Shown here one piece after another: positions 18,621-28,463 of a stretch of DNA of 47,194 nt. A program made the translations under genes and the position numbers. The notes beneath the pieces were generated by a model that had not been told where the DNA came from, searched no databases, and saw only the letters and a list, made by a program, of their open reading frames with translations. Origin of the DNA: a virus (lineage: Duplodnaviria > Caudoviricetes); the IMG/VR virus record IMGVR_UViG_3300048819_000088, positions 1-47,194 of that record, one strand, 5' to 3'. How positions within the stretch are numbered: position 1 is the first letter of the stretch; every line of letters begins with the position of its first letter.

Positions 18621-20375
18621 ATGGCAAACCTAGCACTCTCAAACGTCATCAACATCTCGGCGGCGCAAGCGCAAGCCGGAGTCAATGCGTTCAACACGAG
18701 CAATTTGGCGCTCTTTACCGATGATCAACCGCAAGCCGCAGTCCAAACCGTCACTTTCGGTGCCGTCGCCGCAAGCGGAAGCTTCACACTCGCCTTTGGT
18801 GGAACCACCATTGGGTCGCTTGCTTGGAACGCAACTCTTGCAGCAATTCAAGCCGCAGTCGCCGCAGTGCCCGCGATTGCGCAAGTGACAGTCACGGGCT
18901 CGATTGCCTCACAAAGCCTCGTTTTCACTTGGCCCGGTGTTCTTGGCCCAATTCCTACAATCACCGTAACGGCAAATTCATTGCAAACCTCGGGCTCGGT
19001 CGCAATCACTCTCTCGCCGGTCGTCACTAACGCAGGTTGGTCCGGCGGAACTTTGGGCTATAGCCTTTATGTTAGCCCAACAGGCGTTGCGACTGATTTC
19101 GGCTCAAACTCAAAGACCGCGCAAATGGCGGCCTCGATCTTTTCTCAACAGCCAAACATCTTGGCCGGTAGCGGTGAATTGATTGTGATTCCGTTTGCGA
19201 TTTGCAAGCAAACTCTTACGTTCTCAGCGGCCCCGACGTCGGGCGCTTTTGTTGCGACTTATAATAGCAACAGCTCGGCTTCGATTTCTTGGAACTCGAC
19301 ACCCGCAGCTATTCAAACGATTCTGCAAGCGGTGCCGGGCTTAAGCCAAGTGCAAGTGACGGGCTCGATTGCAAGTACAGTTTTGACCGTTTGGATGTAC
19401 GGCGTTTATGGTGTGAATAGTTTGGCTATTGGCACGTCGTCCAACACCCTTAACAGCTCAATTACAATCACGCAAGCTTACGGCACGACCGGCGAGTCGT
19501 GGGGTACGGCAATCACGCGCACGCAAGGGCTCGTGTCTTACTTCGGATGCATGGTGAATGAGCTTTGCAGTGTGATCGGACAAACCGATTTACTGGCTGC
19601 GGCTGCAATCATTCAGGCGCTCAACAACTCGTGCATAGGCTTCGCGGTCTCAAACCTTTCCGCCGACATCAACCCCGGCGGGATGATTGATTTGCTGCGC
19701 TCGAGCACTGACAACAATACGCGCGGCCTTTACTACGGGGACACGACGGTTGTTGGCGGGATTGCGGGCATCAACGCTTTGCTGTTCATGGCGTCTTATG
19801 TAGGCTTAGGGCTATCGACGAATTTTAACGGCTCAAACACGACCCAAACGATGCATTTGAAGTCACTCGCCACGGTTTCCAATGACCCGACGATGACTCA
19901 AACGATTTTGAATCTTGCCATTGCAGCCGGTGCCGACACTTACCCGTCGTTGCAAGGTGTCCCGAAAGTGTTTTGCTCAGGTGCTAACTCTTACTATGAC
20001 CAAGTGTACAACCTCGGTTGGTTTGTCACGGCACTTCAAGTTGCGGGCTTCAATTACTTGGCGCAGTCGAGCACCAAGATTCCGCAGACTGAGCCCGGCA
20101 TGGACGGCCTGAAAACGGCTTATCGCGGGGTTTGTCAACAAGGTGTCGCCAATCAATATTTGGCGCCCGGCACTTGGACAAGTTCGACGACATTTGGTGT
20201 GCAACAGGACTTCTTAAACAACATTGCGCAAGTTGGTTACTACATTTGGTCACAACCTGTCGCCCAACAATCGGCTGCGGCTCGGGCGGCTCGCCAAGCA
20301 CCACTTGTACAAATCGCAGCTAAGCAAGCCGGTGCGGTTCAAAGTTCGTCAGTAATTGTTTACATCAATGCGTAA
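18621..20375 (+). CDS. tail sheath protein (DUF3383-type) with two inserted domains
   Basis: LSNVINIS N-terminus, KIPQTEPGM, GYYIWS, KQAGAVQSS C-terminal sheath motifs. Confidence 0.9.
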   Translation: MANLALSNVINISAAQAQAGVNAFNTSNLALFTDDQPQAAVQTVTFGAVAASGSFTLAFGGTTIGSLAWNATLAAIQAAVAAVPAIAQVTVTGSIASQSLVFTWPGVLGPIPTITVTANSLQTSGSVAITLSPVVTNAGWSGGTLGYSLYVSPTGVATDFGSNSKTAQMAASIFSQQPNILAGSGELIVIPFAICKQTLTFSAAPTSGAFVATYNSNSSASISWNSTPAAIQTILQAVPGLSQVQVTGSIASTVLTVWMYGVYGVNSLAIGTSSNTLNSSITITQAYGTTGESWGTAITRTQGLVSYFGCMVNELCSVIGQTDLLAAAAIIQALNNSCIGFAVSNLSADINPGGMIDLLRSSTDNNTRGLYYGDTTVVGGIAGINALLFMASYVGLGLSTNFNGSNTTQTMHLKSLATVSNDPTMTQTILNLAIAAGADTYPSLQGVPKVFCSGANSYYDQVYNLGWFVTALQVAGFNYLAQSSTKIPQTEPGMDGLKTAYRGVCQQGVANQYLAPGTWTSSTTFGVQQDFLNNIAQVGYYIWSQPVAQQSAAARAARQAPLVQIAAKQAGAVQSSSVIVYINA

Positions 20376-20394
20376 CTAGAAAGGGACTTGAAAA

Positions 20395-20850
20395 ATGGCA
20401 AAAATAGCGCTTACAGGTTCGGACACGGCAACAATCAACAACAGACCATTGGTGGACTTCGCCGATGGGAACTGTATTGAGTTGACCTTTCCGAACGACA
20501 TCGCAAACGTCAAGACAGGCAAAAACGGCAACTCGATTTTCGGGCTTAACGCTTCCGGCGTACAAGCTGAGTGCAAGATGCGGCTCATCCGGGGCGGAAA
20601 CGATGACAAGTTTTTAAACAACTTGTTAGCCCAACAAAATGCGAACTTCGCGGGCACCGTTTTGTTGACTGGCACTTTCATCAAGAAACTTGGTGACGGT
20701 GCGGGAAACATCACGTCGGACACGTACATTTTGGCCGGGGGCATTTTCCAAAAGATTCCCGAAGGCAAATCAAACGTTGAGGGCGAAACTGAGCAATCGG
20801 TCGCCATGTACATGATCAAATTCGCAAGCGCTGTAAGGGTTATCACCTAA
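20395..20850 (+). CDS. tail tube protein (DUF3277-type)
   Basis: Follows the sheath; 151 aa; KTGKNGN motif. Confidence 0.85.
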   Translation: MAKIALTGSDTATINNRPLVDFADGNCIELTFPNDIANVKTGKNGNSIFGLNASGVQAECKMRLIRGGNDDKFLNNLLAQQNANFAGTVLLTGTFIKKLGDGAGNITSDTYILAGGIFQKIPEGKSNVEGETEQSVAMYMIKFASAVRVIT

Positions 20851-21257
20851 TGGACGAGATGAAAGAGGTAAAACTTGCGTCGGGCAATACGCTTAAAATC
20901 GGCGTGGTGCCCTTTGAACAGGCGAAAGGCCTTTACCAAACCATTTTGGATGAGATGAAACTCGTCAAGCTCAACCCTCAAGATTCGAGGGTCAGCTTGT
21001 TTAAGGACCTTTTTTGCATGGGGTTTTCGAGCAAGCGGGTTGAGGCGAGTTTGGTCGAGTGCTTTAAGCGGTGTCACTATGTGGACAAGCGCGGTGAGTT
21101 GAAAATTGACAAAGACACGTTTGAGCCGGTCGAGGCGCGTGGCGACTACATTGAAGTGTGTATCGCGGTGACGACCGAGGTCGTTGGCCCTTTCTCGAAA
21201 GGCCTCTATGCCGCGTTCACAACGCTGTTCGAGAAAGCGGACAACGTCCTGCAATAG
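20850..21257 (+). CDS. tail assembly chaperone
   Basis: Lies between tube and tape measure; slippery site near the 3' end. Confidence 0.8.
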   Translation: MDEMKEVKLASGNTLKIGVVPFEQAKGLYQTILDEMKLVKLNPQDSRVSLFKDLFCMGFSSKRVEASLVECFKRCHYVDKRGELKIDKDTFEPVEARGDYIEVCIAVTTEVVGPFSKGLYAAFTTLFEKADNVLQ

Positions 21258-21421
21258 AGGCCGAAGACGATGTTTTGTTGATTCATCTCCGGCTTGTGAA
21301 AGCGGGCTATGGCTCCCTCAAAGAAGTCAGGGAGTTTGATGCCCGGACGGTCTTGCAAGCGTTAAACTATGAAGCGTTTTGCGACGACTACGAACGGACT
21401 TATTGGGAGTTGAATAAGTGA
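21188..21421 (+). CDS. -1 frameshift extension of the tail assembly chaperone (G-T type)
   Basis: C CCT TTC heptamer at 21188-21194 in the X XXY YYZ register; the -1 frame is open to 21421. Confidence 0.75.
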   Translation, partial: PFLERPLCRVHNAVRESGQRPAIEAEDDVLLIHLRLVKAGYGSLKEVREFDARTVLQALNYEAFCDDYERTYWELNK

Positions 21422-22578
21422 ACATAGCCGAACTTTTTGTAAATTTAGGCATCAAGGGAGCTGAGAAAACTGTCGGCGCTCTTGGTTCCGTTAAAAAAGG
21501 CCTTGGCGAAATCGGTTCAATGTCCATTGAGGCGAAAGCCGGCATCTTAGGCGCAATGTACGGCCTCGAGCGCATGATGGCGATTTCTGGCCAGGCGGGC
21601 ACCGGCCTCACCAACTTCGCGGCCCTCACCGGCCTTTCCGCCCAAGGATTACAGCAATGGCAATATGCCGCAAGACAAGCAGGCGTCTCGAGTGAAGAGC
21701 TGACCGGGTCACTTAAATCCGTTCAAAACTCAATGACCAACATGCTCTTAAATGGTGATGCACCAAAGGGCATGGCCTTACTCTCAAGAGCGGTCGGCGG
21801 CCTTGACCCCACCAAGTACAAAGACACGTTTTACATGATGACGAAGCTTCAAGAGGGCATCCAAAAGATGAGCCCCGAAATGGGCGCCATGGTGGCCAAG
21901 TCATTTGGGCTTTCTGAGGGCACGATTTCCGCCATGCACCGGAACGTGTTCACTCCGGCCATGTTTGCAAAAGCCCCCACGTACTCGGACAAAGAGGCGG
22001 GCTCACTCGATAAGTCAAACGTCGCGTGGTCAAACCTCGGCAACAAAATCGAAATGGCTTTCGGTCACTTTAACGCCAAACACGGCCAAGAAATGGTGCA
22101 AGGGATTTCGCTCATCGTGACCGAAGTCATCAAGCTTGCGGAAGCGCTCGAGCGGATTGCGGAAAAGTTAAAACTGTTTCAAAAATTCGCAAGCTTCGTT
22201 GGCTTTATCACGAGCGAAGCTAAAGACGCCGGCAAAGGCTTTGAGACAATCGGCAAATTTATCGACAGCGACCACAAAGGCTCGGACCTTTGGGGGGCAA
22301 CTAAGGACATCGGGAGTGCTCTTTATCAGAAATACAATGAAATCCAAGAGCGCAACGCCAAGTATTTAAACCCGGATGACCCCGGCTACCTTGAAGCTCA
22401 CGGCATAGCCCCCAAGGTGCAGCCGCAGCCCCAAGTGGTGAAGGCCGGCGACACGCACACGGTACACCAAACGATTCATCACCATGGGGATGCCAAGGAC
22501 ACGAAAGCGGTCAAGGACACGCACAAGACCGCCACAAACCACGCTTACCGCCAACGCGACCGAAAGCAGGGGTCATAA
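21418..22578 (+). CDS. tape measure protein (short, 386 aa)
   Basis: MNIAELFVNLG start, helical Ala/Gly-rich, LQQWQYAA motif; position. Confidence 0.85.
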   Translation: MNIAELFVNLGIKGAEKTVGALGSVKKGLGEIGSMSIEAKAGILGAMYGLERMMAISGQAGTGLTNFAALTGLSAQGLQQWQYAARQAGVSSEELTGSLKSVQNSMTNMLLNGDAPKGMALLSRAVGGLDPTKYKDTFYMMTKLQEGIQKMSPEMGAMVAKSFGLSEGTISAMHRNVFTPAMFAKAPTYSDKEAGSLDKSNVAWSNLGNKIEMAFGHFNAKHGQEMVQGISLIVTEVIKLAEALERIAEKLKLFQKFASFVGFITSEAKDAGKGFETIGKFIDSDHKGSDLWGATKDIGSALYQKYNEIQERNAKYLNPDDPGYLEAHGIAPKVQPQPQVVKAGDTHTVHQTIHHHGDAKDTKAVKDTHKTATNHAYRQRDRKQGS

Positions 22579-23463
22579 ATGGCAGCCAGTCCTTTAAACC
22601 TTTCAGCACTTGCACCGATCACGACAACGGCGACAGCACTTTCGAATTTGATCTTAGTGAGCCCGCAATCGACAATCGGTTATCAACCGCTTAACCCGCC
22701 AAACCCCGACGGGACACCTTCGACGGCTCAACCGCCGCCGGCGTTTCTTTTCAACTACGAGGGCGAGCAATCGGCAACACTGGAATCGGACATCACTGAC
22801 CATTTCATTGAAGACAACACGGCACTCCAAGATCAAATTGCGCTGAAACCAATCATCATAAGCACTCAAGGCTTTATTGGTGAACTTAACGACATAGCGC
22901 CCCCGGCCTTGGCCGCTGTGAAGGCTATTGCCAATAAGCTTACAATCATTTCGGCCTACACGCCGGCCCTTTCGACGTCGGCACTCATTGCCTACAACGC
23001 CGCCTTTCAGCTTTACCAAGTAGGCCAAAACGCCGTTAACTCGGCGGTGGCTGCATGGTCGTCGATCAACGGCACCGGCGGCACGTCGGTCATTTCCGGC
23101 AATTCGAATTTCCCGATTGCGAGCGAGCCGAACCAAAATAAGCAACAGCTCGCATTCCAACAGCTCTTTGGTTATTGGAATGCAAGAACGCTATTCACGG
23201 TGCAAACGCCTTGGGCGATCTTTCAAAACATGACAATCAAGTCGATGAGACCTATTCAAGAGGCTGACCAAGCCTACATCACGACTTTTGAAATGAGTTT
23301 TAAACAACTCAGGTTTGCCCAAACCACAACCCTTGGTGGAACTATCGGGACAAACCAACAGGGCCGCGCAACGGCCAATGCCGCAGGCGTGGAAAACAAC
23401 GGAACGACGACACCCGTTCAAAGTATCAACTTAGGGCCTCAACTCATTGCGAGCGGGTTTTAA
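22579..23463 (+). CDS. baseplate/tail tube initiator (Dit-like)
   Basis: ITDHFIEDNTALQD, FTVQTPWAIFQNMTI motifs. Confidence 0.8.
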   Translation: MAASPLNLSALAPITTTATALSNLILVSPQSTIGYQPLNPPNPDGTPSTAQPPPAFLFNYEGEQSATLESDITDHFIEDNTALQDQIALKPIIISTQGFIGELNDIAPPALAAVKAIANKLTIISAYTPALSTSALIAYNAAFQLYQVGQNAVNSAVAAWSSINGTGGTSVISGNSNFPIASEPNQNKQQLAFQQLFGYWNARTLFTVQTPWAIFQNMTIKSMRPIQEADQAYITTFEMSFKQLRFAQTTTLGGTIGTNQQGRATANAAGVENNGTTTPVQSINLGPQLIASGF

Positions 23464-23464
23464 G

Positions 23465-23818
23465 ATGTACTTAATTCAACAGTTAACCAGTGCGCCCGCT
23501 CAAACTCAGACACTCATCTTGCCGGCGGGTACGCAGGCCAATCTCACCATAGCCTACTACCCTCAGTGCTATGCATGGTTCATTTTGGCGTTGACTTATC
23601 AGTCGTTCACTTTGAACGGTATGCAAATCACGGCGAACCCGAACATGCTTAACCAATGGCGGAACTCACTCCCGTTTGGGCTTGGCTGTTTCGTGACCGG
23701 AAACCGCGAGCCCACGCAGCAACAAGATTTCCAAAGTGGTGCGGCTCAGCTTTATATTTTGTCAGCGGCGGAAGTCGCCGAGTATGCGGCCTTTTTAAGC
23801 GGGACGGTGACGTCTTAA
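23465..23818 (+). CDS. baseplate plug-like protein
   Basis: Size and position; APAQTQTL...WFI pattern. Confidence 0.65.
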   Translation: MYLIQQLTSAPAQTQTLILPAGTQANLTIAYYPQCYAWFILALTYQSFTLNGMQITANPNMLNQWRNSLPFGLGCFVTGNREPTQQQDFQSGAAQLYILSAAEVAEYAAFLSGTVTS

Positions 23819-24685
23819 ATGCAAAAGTTCGGGCGCAACTATCTTTTGAATGTCGGTACAGCGGGGGGCGGGCTCTTGACCATTGAGCTCCCGTTCACCA
23901 TTGAATTCGACATTACCCGAAACACTTTGACGTCGGCCAACGTGTGCTCGATTCGTATTTACAATTTGTCGAAAAATAACCGCAATCAACTTAGGTTCAA
24001 TCCGATTGATCAAGGGGACTATAGGCCGGTGCAGCTCTTTGCGGGCTATGGCCAAAACCTGTCACAAATCTTTGCGGGCAACATCACGCAGGCTTGGTCA
24101 GTGCGTGAAGGGACCAATTTCATCACGACTATCGAATGCTTTGACGGGGGCTATGCCTTCGTTAACGGCAACGCGCAATTGACGTTCCCGCTCGGCACCG
24201 CGATGTCGACCGTCATTGGCACCTTGGCCGGCGCTTTGCCCAACGTGCAGCCCGGCTACATCGGGAACTACCCGGGCTCTTTAAGCCGCGGCATTGCGGT
24301 CAACGGCAACATCATGAGTGTTTTGCGCGACCTCACCGGGGGCGGCATATTTATCGACAACAACACCGCAAACTGTCTTGGTGATAACGAATGCTTGCCC
24401 GCAAACGGCATAACGGTCATTGACGATTCGACGGGCCTTATCGGAACACCTTTGCTCGAGCAAACCATTTTGCACGCCGACGTGATTTTTGAGCCGAGGC
24501 TCGTGGTTGGTCAGCAAATCAAGTTCAACAGCTCGACCGAGCCTTTTTACAATGGGCTCTATAAAACGACTGCGATCAAGCACCGAGGTACAATTTCCGG
24601 CGCCATTTGCGGCGATGCAATCACTTCATTCGAGTTTTTCGCAGGGACCGCAGCACTCTCAACCACAGTGAACCGAATACCATGA
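23819..24685 (+). CDS. baseplate hub protein
   Basis: IEFDI, IRIYNL, LFAGY, IFAGNI, TGLIGTP motifs. Confidence 0.8.
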   Translation: MQKFGRNYLLNVGTAGGGLLTIELPFTIEFDITRNTLTSANVCSIRIYNLSKNNRNQLRFNPIDQGDYRPVQLFAGYGQNLSQIFAGNITQAWSVREGTNFITTIECFDGGYAFVNGNAQLTFPLGTAMSTVIGTLAGALPNVQPGYIGNYPGSLSRGIAVNGNIMSVLRDLTGGGIFIDNNTANCLGDNECLPANGITVIDDSTGLIGTPLLEQTILHADVIFEPRLVVGQQIKFNSSTEPFYNGLYKTTAIKHRGTISGAICGDAITSFEFFAGTAALSTTVNRIP

Positions 24686-25443
24686 GCGGCCAAACAATCC
24701 CCTTAAACTCAGTGCCGAACGACCCGAACTTGAGCGATCTTTTGAATTTGCTCAAGAAAGAGATTTTTCTAGACCTCAATTGCCACCACGTGGGGACAAT
24801 TCAAAGCTTCAATTCGACGAACCAAACCGTGTACGCGACCGTCAATTACACGAAGACGTTCTTTCAGCTCAACACGGTAACGGGCCTTTACTCGCCCGTT
24901 CAAGTCAACTACCCGACTCTTATCAATTGCCCGCTTATCATCCTTGGCGGGGGCACCGCGCACATGACCTTTCCAGTCGCTAAAGGCGACGAATGCCTGT
25001 TGCTTTTCAATGACCGAGACATCGACAATTGGTGGGCCGCCGGCACGACCACGCAGGCGGTAGCGACCTCGAGGCTTCACTCGTTTTCGGACGCCTTTGC
25101 ATTGGTGGGGGTCAAGTCGACACCTAACGTGCTAACCGCCTACGACGCTGTAAGAGCCCTCTTGACGAACGGTAACGTGAGTGTGGGCATCAACCCGTCA
25201 AACAACAAGGTCACGATTCAAAACACGGCCTCGGGCACGCTCAACACCACACTGCAAAGCATCTTGACGCAGCTCCAAAATCTCACGACCGCGCTCGGCA
25301 CCACTTACGCCTCGAACTTGATTTTGGTGACAGCTTCGCCGGGTAGCCCTTCGCCGATCAATCCGACTGCGGCCACGGCGATTGCGAACGTGGGCACGCA
25401 ACTTTCAACGCTCGCCACGACTCTCGGGGGGTTACTCGAATGA
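24682..25443 (+). CDS. baseplate central spike (Gp138-like OB domain)
   Basis: TFPVAKGDECLLLFNDRDIDNWW, RLHSFSDAFALVG. Confidence 0.85.
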   Translation: MSGQTIPLNSVPNDPNLSDLLNLLKKEIFLDLNCHHVGTIQSFNSTNQTVYATVNYTKTFFQLNTVTGLYSPVQVNYPTLINCPLIILGGGTAHMTFPVAKGDECLLLFNDRDIDNWWAAGTTTQAVATSRLHSFSDAFALVGVKSTPNVLTAYDAVRALLTNGNVSVGINPSNNKVTIQNTASGTLNTTLQSILTQLQNLTTALGTTYASNLILVTASPGSPSPINPTAATAIANVGTQLSTLATTLGGLLE

Positions 25444-25802
25444 GCACAAGAGCAATTGACGTAAATGGCGATTGGGTTTTCGGAACAGGGGCCAACGCCT
25501 ACGTAACCGGCAAAGCCGAAGTCGCCCAAAACATCCAAACTAGGCTTTTGAGTTTTCTTGGTGATTGCTTTTTCGATACAACCGCCGGCATTGACTGGTT
25601 TAATTTGCTCGGCGGTAAGAACCAAGTCACGTTGCAACTTGCAGTTGCGGCGGTTATTTTAAACACTGCAAACGTAACGGGGGGCCTGCAACTTTCGGTA
25701 ACGTACAATGAACAGACCCGAAACCTCGGTATCGTTTACCAAGTTCAAACGACCTATTCGCAGTTGTCGGACAGTTTCGTTTATGACTTGAGCTCAATTT
25801 AG
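25440..25802 (+). CDS. baseplate wedge/sheath initiator
   Basis: RAIDVNGDWVFG, LLSFLGDCFFDTTAGIDW. Confidence 0.8.
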   Translation: MSTRAIDVNGDWVFGTGANAYVTGKAEVAQNIQTRLLSFLGDCFFDTTAGIDWFNLLGGKNQVTLQLAVAAVILNTANVTGGLQLSVTYNEQTRNLGIVYQVQTTYSQLSDSFVYDLSSI

Positions 25803-25814
25803 GGGGATAAAGAC

Positions 25815-27494
25815 GTGCCAAATGCATTGACTACAACAGGCCTAACGATTGTCACGCAAAGCGAGCTCGTGACGAACTTCACCACTAACTATCAGGCCAT
25901 TTACGGCTCGAGCATCAACTTGGCGTCGAACACCCCCGACGGCCAAATGATGATGATCTACATCCAAACCCTTTTGGACAACGCGCAACTGTTGCAGCTC
26001 ATTTACAACTCGTTCGACCCCGACCAAGCGGTCGGCATCCAACTCGACATGCGCGTGGCGATCAACGGCATTCAGCGCCAAGCGGGCACCAACACAATCA
26101 CCAATATTACTTTGGTGATGTCGCAGTCGGTGAACCTCTATGGTCTTGACCAAACGGCGCAATCGGTTTTTACCGTTGCCGACAACGCCGGCAATCAATG
26201 GCAACTCCAAACGACGCAACTTGGTGTCTCGGGCACTCAAGTTTACGCCTTCCAAGCGGCAAACCCCGGCGCGGTTTTGACCACGCCCAATACAATCACG
26301 ATTCCAGTGACCGTTGTGCTCGGTGTGACTTCAATCAACAATCCGACGACTTACACGACTCTTGGAATCAACGCCGAGACCGATGCGGCCTTACGCATCC
26401 GGCGCCTGCAATCCGTTTCGCTCGCAAGCCAGGGCTATTATGCAAGCCTCTTGGCGGCGCTTGAGAACATCAACGGTGTGACCTCGGCTTTCGTTTACGA
26501 AAACACTTCAAGCGGCACCAACGTCGCGGGCGTGCCCGGGCATTCGATTTGGGTCATTGTCGCAGGCTCAGGCTCGGCGGCTGCGATTGCGCAAGCGATC
26601 TACTCCAAGCGGAATGCGGGCTGCGGGATGTATGGCGGGACTACTTATTTAGTGACACAGGTTGATGGAAGTCAGTTTCAGGTCGCATGGGACGTGGTAT
26701 CGACTCAAAACCTCTTTGTCGCCTTCACTGCGACGTCGGTCAACGGAACGGTGCCGCCGAACATCAATGCGGTAAGAACGGCGCTCGCCACAAGCTTCGC
26801 CCCGGGCGTTTTCTCTGAGGTCAACATCAATCAACTTGCGACTTTGGTTCAAGCCATTGACCCGAACACTTTGGTGACAAGCGCAGGCTTTAGCTTGGCG
26901 CTCACGCAAACCCTAGGTCTTTCAGGGGTCGCAGCATCCGGCACTTTCTTAGTCAACTACAACGGCAACGCCTCGGCTGCGATCAATTGGAACGATACGG
27001 CGGCCCAAATTCAAACGAAGCTGCGCGCGGTGACGGGATTGACCGCTTGTACCGTGACGGGCTCAATCGCAAGTCAATCTTTGGTGATTGCACTCGGCGT
27101 GACCTCAGCGCTTGGTTTACTCTATGTGACTTCGAATTCGCTTATGACGGTGGCCCCGGCTGCGATCACTTTCACTTACAACGAAGGCTATACGAACACG
27201 CTAACGCCTACCGCGCAAAATAACCAATTTGCCGTCGCGTCGGCCCGCATCGTCATCGTTGCCTTACAAATTTTACCGTCATCGGCAACAGTCGCGCACA
27301 CCGCCACCAAACAATTTGCAGCGTACGGCGGTTACGGGACCTATGTTTGGTCACTCGCCACCAACGCAAGTGGGGGGTCGATCAATTCAGGCACCGGGCT
27401 TTACACTGCGGGCTCAACCCCGAACGTCACCGATGTCATCCAAGCAACGGATGTCTTCGGCAATTTCATAACCGCGAACATCACGGTGACTTAA
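25815..27494 (+). CDS. baseplate J-like wedge protein with inserted domain and C-terminal Ig-like domain
   Basis: TPDGQ, FDPDQAVGIQLD, ETDAALRIRR, PGHSIWVIV. Confidence 0.9.
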   Translation: MPNALTTTGLTIVTQSELVTNFTTNYQAIYGSSINLASNTPDGQMMMIYIQTLLDNAQLLQLIYNSFDPDQAVGIQLDMRVAINGIQRQAGTNTITNITLVMSQSVNLYGLDQTAQSVFTVADNAGNQWQLQTTQLGVSGTQVYAFQAANPGAVLTTPNTITIPVTVVLGVTSINNPTTYTTLGINAETDAALRIRRLQSVSLASQGYYASLLAALENINGVTSAFVYENTSSGTNVAGVPGHSIWVIVAGSGSAAAIAQAIYSKRNAGCGMYGGTTYLVTQVDGSQFQVAWDVVSTQNLFVAFTATSVNGTVPPNINAVRTALATSFAPGVFSEVNINQLATLVQAIDPNTLVTSAGFSLALTQTLGLSGVAASGTFLVNYNGNASAAINWNDTAAQIQTKLRAVTGLTACTVTGSIASQSLVIALGVTSALGLLYVTSNSLMTVAPAAITFTYNEGYTNTLTPTAQNNQFAVASARIVIVALQILPSSATVAHTATKQFAAYGGYGTYVWSLATNASGGSINSGTGLYTAGSTPNVTDVIQATDVFGNFITANITVT

Positions 27495-28454
27495 ATGACG
27501 CCGCTGCAACTTCTCACCTATTATGCGAACTTGCTCATTCTGCAATACTTGCAAAAGCCGAAAGCTTACGCGACGGCTCAAGCGTTAAGTTCGCAAGCGA
27601 TCTTGCCGCAAACGACAGTGCAGTCATTGTCGTTCACGGGGACGCCGGCGTCGGGCACTTTCCTTTTGAACTGGACACCAAACGGGATAAGCCAAGCGAC
27701 AACTACAAGTGCCGCAATCAACTGGAATGACTCGGCCTCGCAGGTTCAAACGAAAATTCAGGCCATGACCGGGCTTTCAGGCCTAACGGTCGCGGGCTCA
27801 ATCCCCGCAGGGCTTAGCGTGACCTTTACGGGCGTCATCCCCGTGGCCCCGCTCTTTGTCGTGAGCGCAAACTCGCTTGCGACTTCGGGGGCTGTTGCCG
27901 TTCCGATTGCGGTCGCTCAAACTGACGTCGTACTCCCGCTTGCGGTCGCAAACGGCTTTAACATCAACTCGGCCCTTGGGGCTGTTGCCGTCGGTTCTCA
28001 GCTCAACATCTTGGGCAAATATGCAGGCGTCACGCGCATCGGAAATCTTACAGCCGGACAAATCACTTTAAGTGACGCCGATTTCCTTGTGCTCATTCAG
28101 TTCGCGGCCCTCAAGAACAGTGCGGGCTCGGACTTAAAGACGATTCAAACCTTGATCAATCAATTTTTCCCGGGCGAAATTTTGGTGTTCGACTACCAAA
28201 ACATGCAAATGAGCTACCTGATAAGCTCAAGCGTCGGTAGTCAAAACCTTGTGCGCGTGCTTGTCGTGGAAGGCCTGTTATTTAGACCGATGGGGGTTTC
28301 GAGCGGGCTACCGATTTATAACCCGACCATTACAACTTTTTTTGGATTTCGAACTTACACAATCGTCACAATCAATAACACGCCTTTCAATAGCTACACT
28401 TCGTACCAGTCGAACGGACCGTGGTTGAGTTATGCAATGGCATTGACGAATTAA
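27495..28454 (+). CDS. baseplate wedge protein (DUF2612-type) with inserted domain
   Basis: YANLLILQYLQKPKA, AVGSQLNILGKYAG, LSDADF, RPMGV. Confidence 0.85.
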   Translation: MTPLQLLTYYANLLILQYLQKPKAYATAQALSSQAILPQTTVQSLSFTGTPASGTFLLNWTPNGISQATTTSAAINWNDSASQVQTKIQAMTGLSGLTVAGSIPAGLSVTFTGVIPVAPLFVVSANSLATSGAVAVPIAVAQTDVVLPLAVANGFNINSALGAVAVGSQLNILGKYAGVTRIGNLTAGQITLSDADFLVLIQFAALKNSAGSDLKTIQTLINQFFPGEILVFDYQNMQMSYLISSSVGSQNLVRVLVVEGLLFRPMGVSSGLPIYNPTITTFFGFRTYTIVTINNTPFNSYTSYQSNGPWLSYAMALTN

Positions 28455-28463
28455 GGGGGACAA

